A stretch of DNA of 63,984 bases, the filler included, from a bacterium (GTDB taxonomy: Bacteria > JBBIVP01): assembly GCA_037439705.1 (NCBI GenBank). It is 11 parts of 11 records of this genome, joined end to end, with 100 filler letters (N's around TTAATTAATTAA, not from the genome) between each part and the next. Parts side by side here need not be neighbours in the genome. Positions count along the whole stretch, not along the records: positions 61,234 to 63,984 come from JBBIVP010000215.1; 10 more parts are not named here. One strand, written 5' to 3'. Under the pieces are notes generated by a model. The model ran no database searches, was not told where the DNA came from, and was given only the letters and a program-made list of their open reading frames with translations. Shown here piece by piece: positions 63,471 through 63,984 of the stretch (its first letter is position 1; each line of letters begins with the position of its first letter). The translations under genes were made by a program, and so were the position numbers.

Positions 63471-63631
63471 GTATCTTATATTTTATACAATTATATTTTA
63501 AGAAAAGAGAAGTCTCAACAGAACATAGTAAAGAAAAAATCTTTGCTCGTCTATTCTTGTTATATTATAAACCCTCAACCCTTTTCTTCAATTAACTAAA
63601 TCTTTTATTTGTTTATAAAATCAGACCACCA

Positions 63632-63892
63632 TTACCATGGTGGATTTGGGTCTCCTGTGTAAAATCCAGTATTCTTTATATCGTGCTTGAATTTTGGCCA
63701 AGGCAAAAGGTTTGGAGATGAAACCGGAGAATTTGTTGAAAGGGCATATACATTGACATCCCACGACCCAACGACAACCTCTAATTTCCCATCATTATCT
63801 ATGTCCCCAATAGAGGGTGAGGAGTACACATAATTACCAGTTGTGTAAGACCAGAAGAGAGGGAGCTTTACCCTTCCCGCCGCAACCTCCAA
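63632..63892 (-). pseudogene. Orphan C-terminal fragment of an FG-GAP/PQQ-like repeat protein
   Basis: WSYTTG..VYSSPSIGDIDNDGKLEVVVGSWD..VYAL followed by WPKFKHD..NTG; single repeat, no signal peptide. Confidence 0.55.
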
Positions 63893-63984
63893 TTACCAAA
63901 AACAATCCAAGAACTACAAAATGTCAAACAAAATTGTAAATCCTCTCTCAAAAAAGATGGATTATTTTTTGGCATCTGGATTTA

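Noticed and set aside
1-63984. CRISPR arrays, tRNA/rRNA genes, integrases, transposases, reverse transcriptases
   Set aside because: None recognised by eye; a short or divergent RNA could have been missed without Infernal or tRNAscan

Overview
The window is not one locus. It is 11 short contigs (about 5.8-6.3 kb; the complete ones decrease in length) from a draft or metagenome-assembled bacterial genome, joined by 100-nt N spacers containing a TTAATTAATTAA linker, so gene neighbourhoods mean nothing across the spacers. The gene content suggests an AT-rich, outer-membrane-bearing, probably anaerobic and thermophilic, deltaproteobacteria-like organism (inference from the class V FBP aldolase/phosphatase, the two-CxxC protein disulfide oxidoreductase, a HydABC/Bfu-type complex, multiheme cytochromes and myxobacteria-like Cys-rich lipoproteins). 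Most genes are housekeeping: yceD-rpmF-plsX-fabH-fabK-fabD, thiE-thiD, recO, dnaJ-htpX-Clp ATPase, uvrA-infC-rpmI-rplT, hup, purL, asnB, efp, anmK, lgt and an AddA-like helicase. I recognised no rRNA, tRNA or CRISPR array. Best leads: (1) a tightly coupled operon of Tat lipoprotein, Cys-cluster GMC flavoprotein, heptaheme cytochrome c and NHL lipoprotein; (2) an unannotated 52-aa LysW-like zinc-ribbon gene in front of a pseudo-receiver-Fis regulator; (3) unusual translation features, namely many apparently leaderless first genes, an apparent GTA start for infC, an ACG start overlapped by a basic uORF, and an EF-P with a glycine-free KVAQRQA loop; (4) a Clp ATPase lacking the canonical pore-loop tyrosines; (5) a bifurcating-type NuoEFG-like complex with no hydrogenase H-cluster. 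Family assignments come from motif recognition, not database searches.
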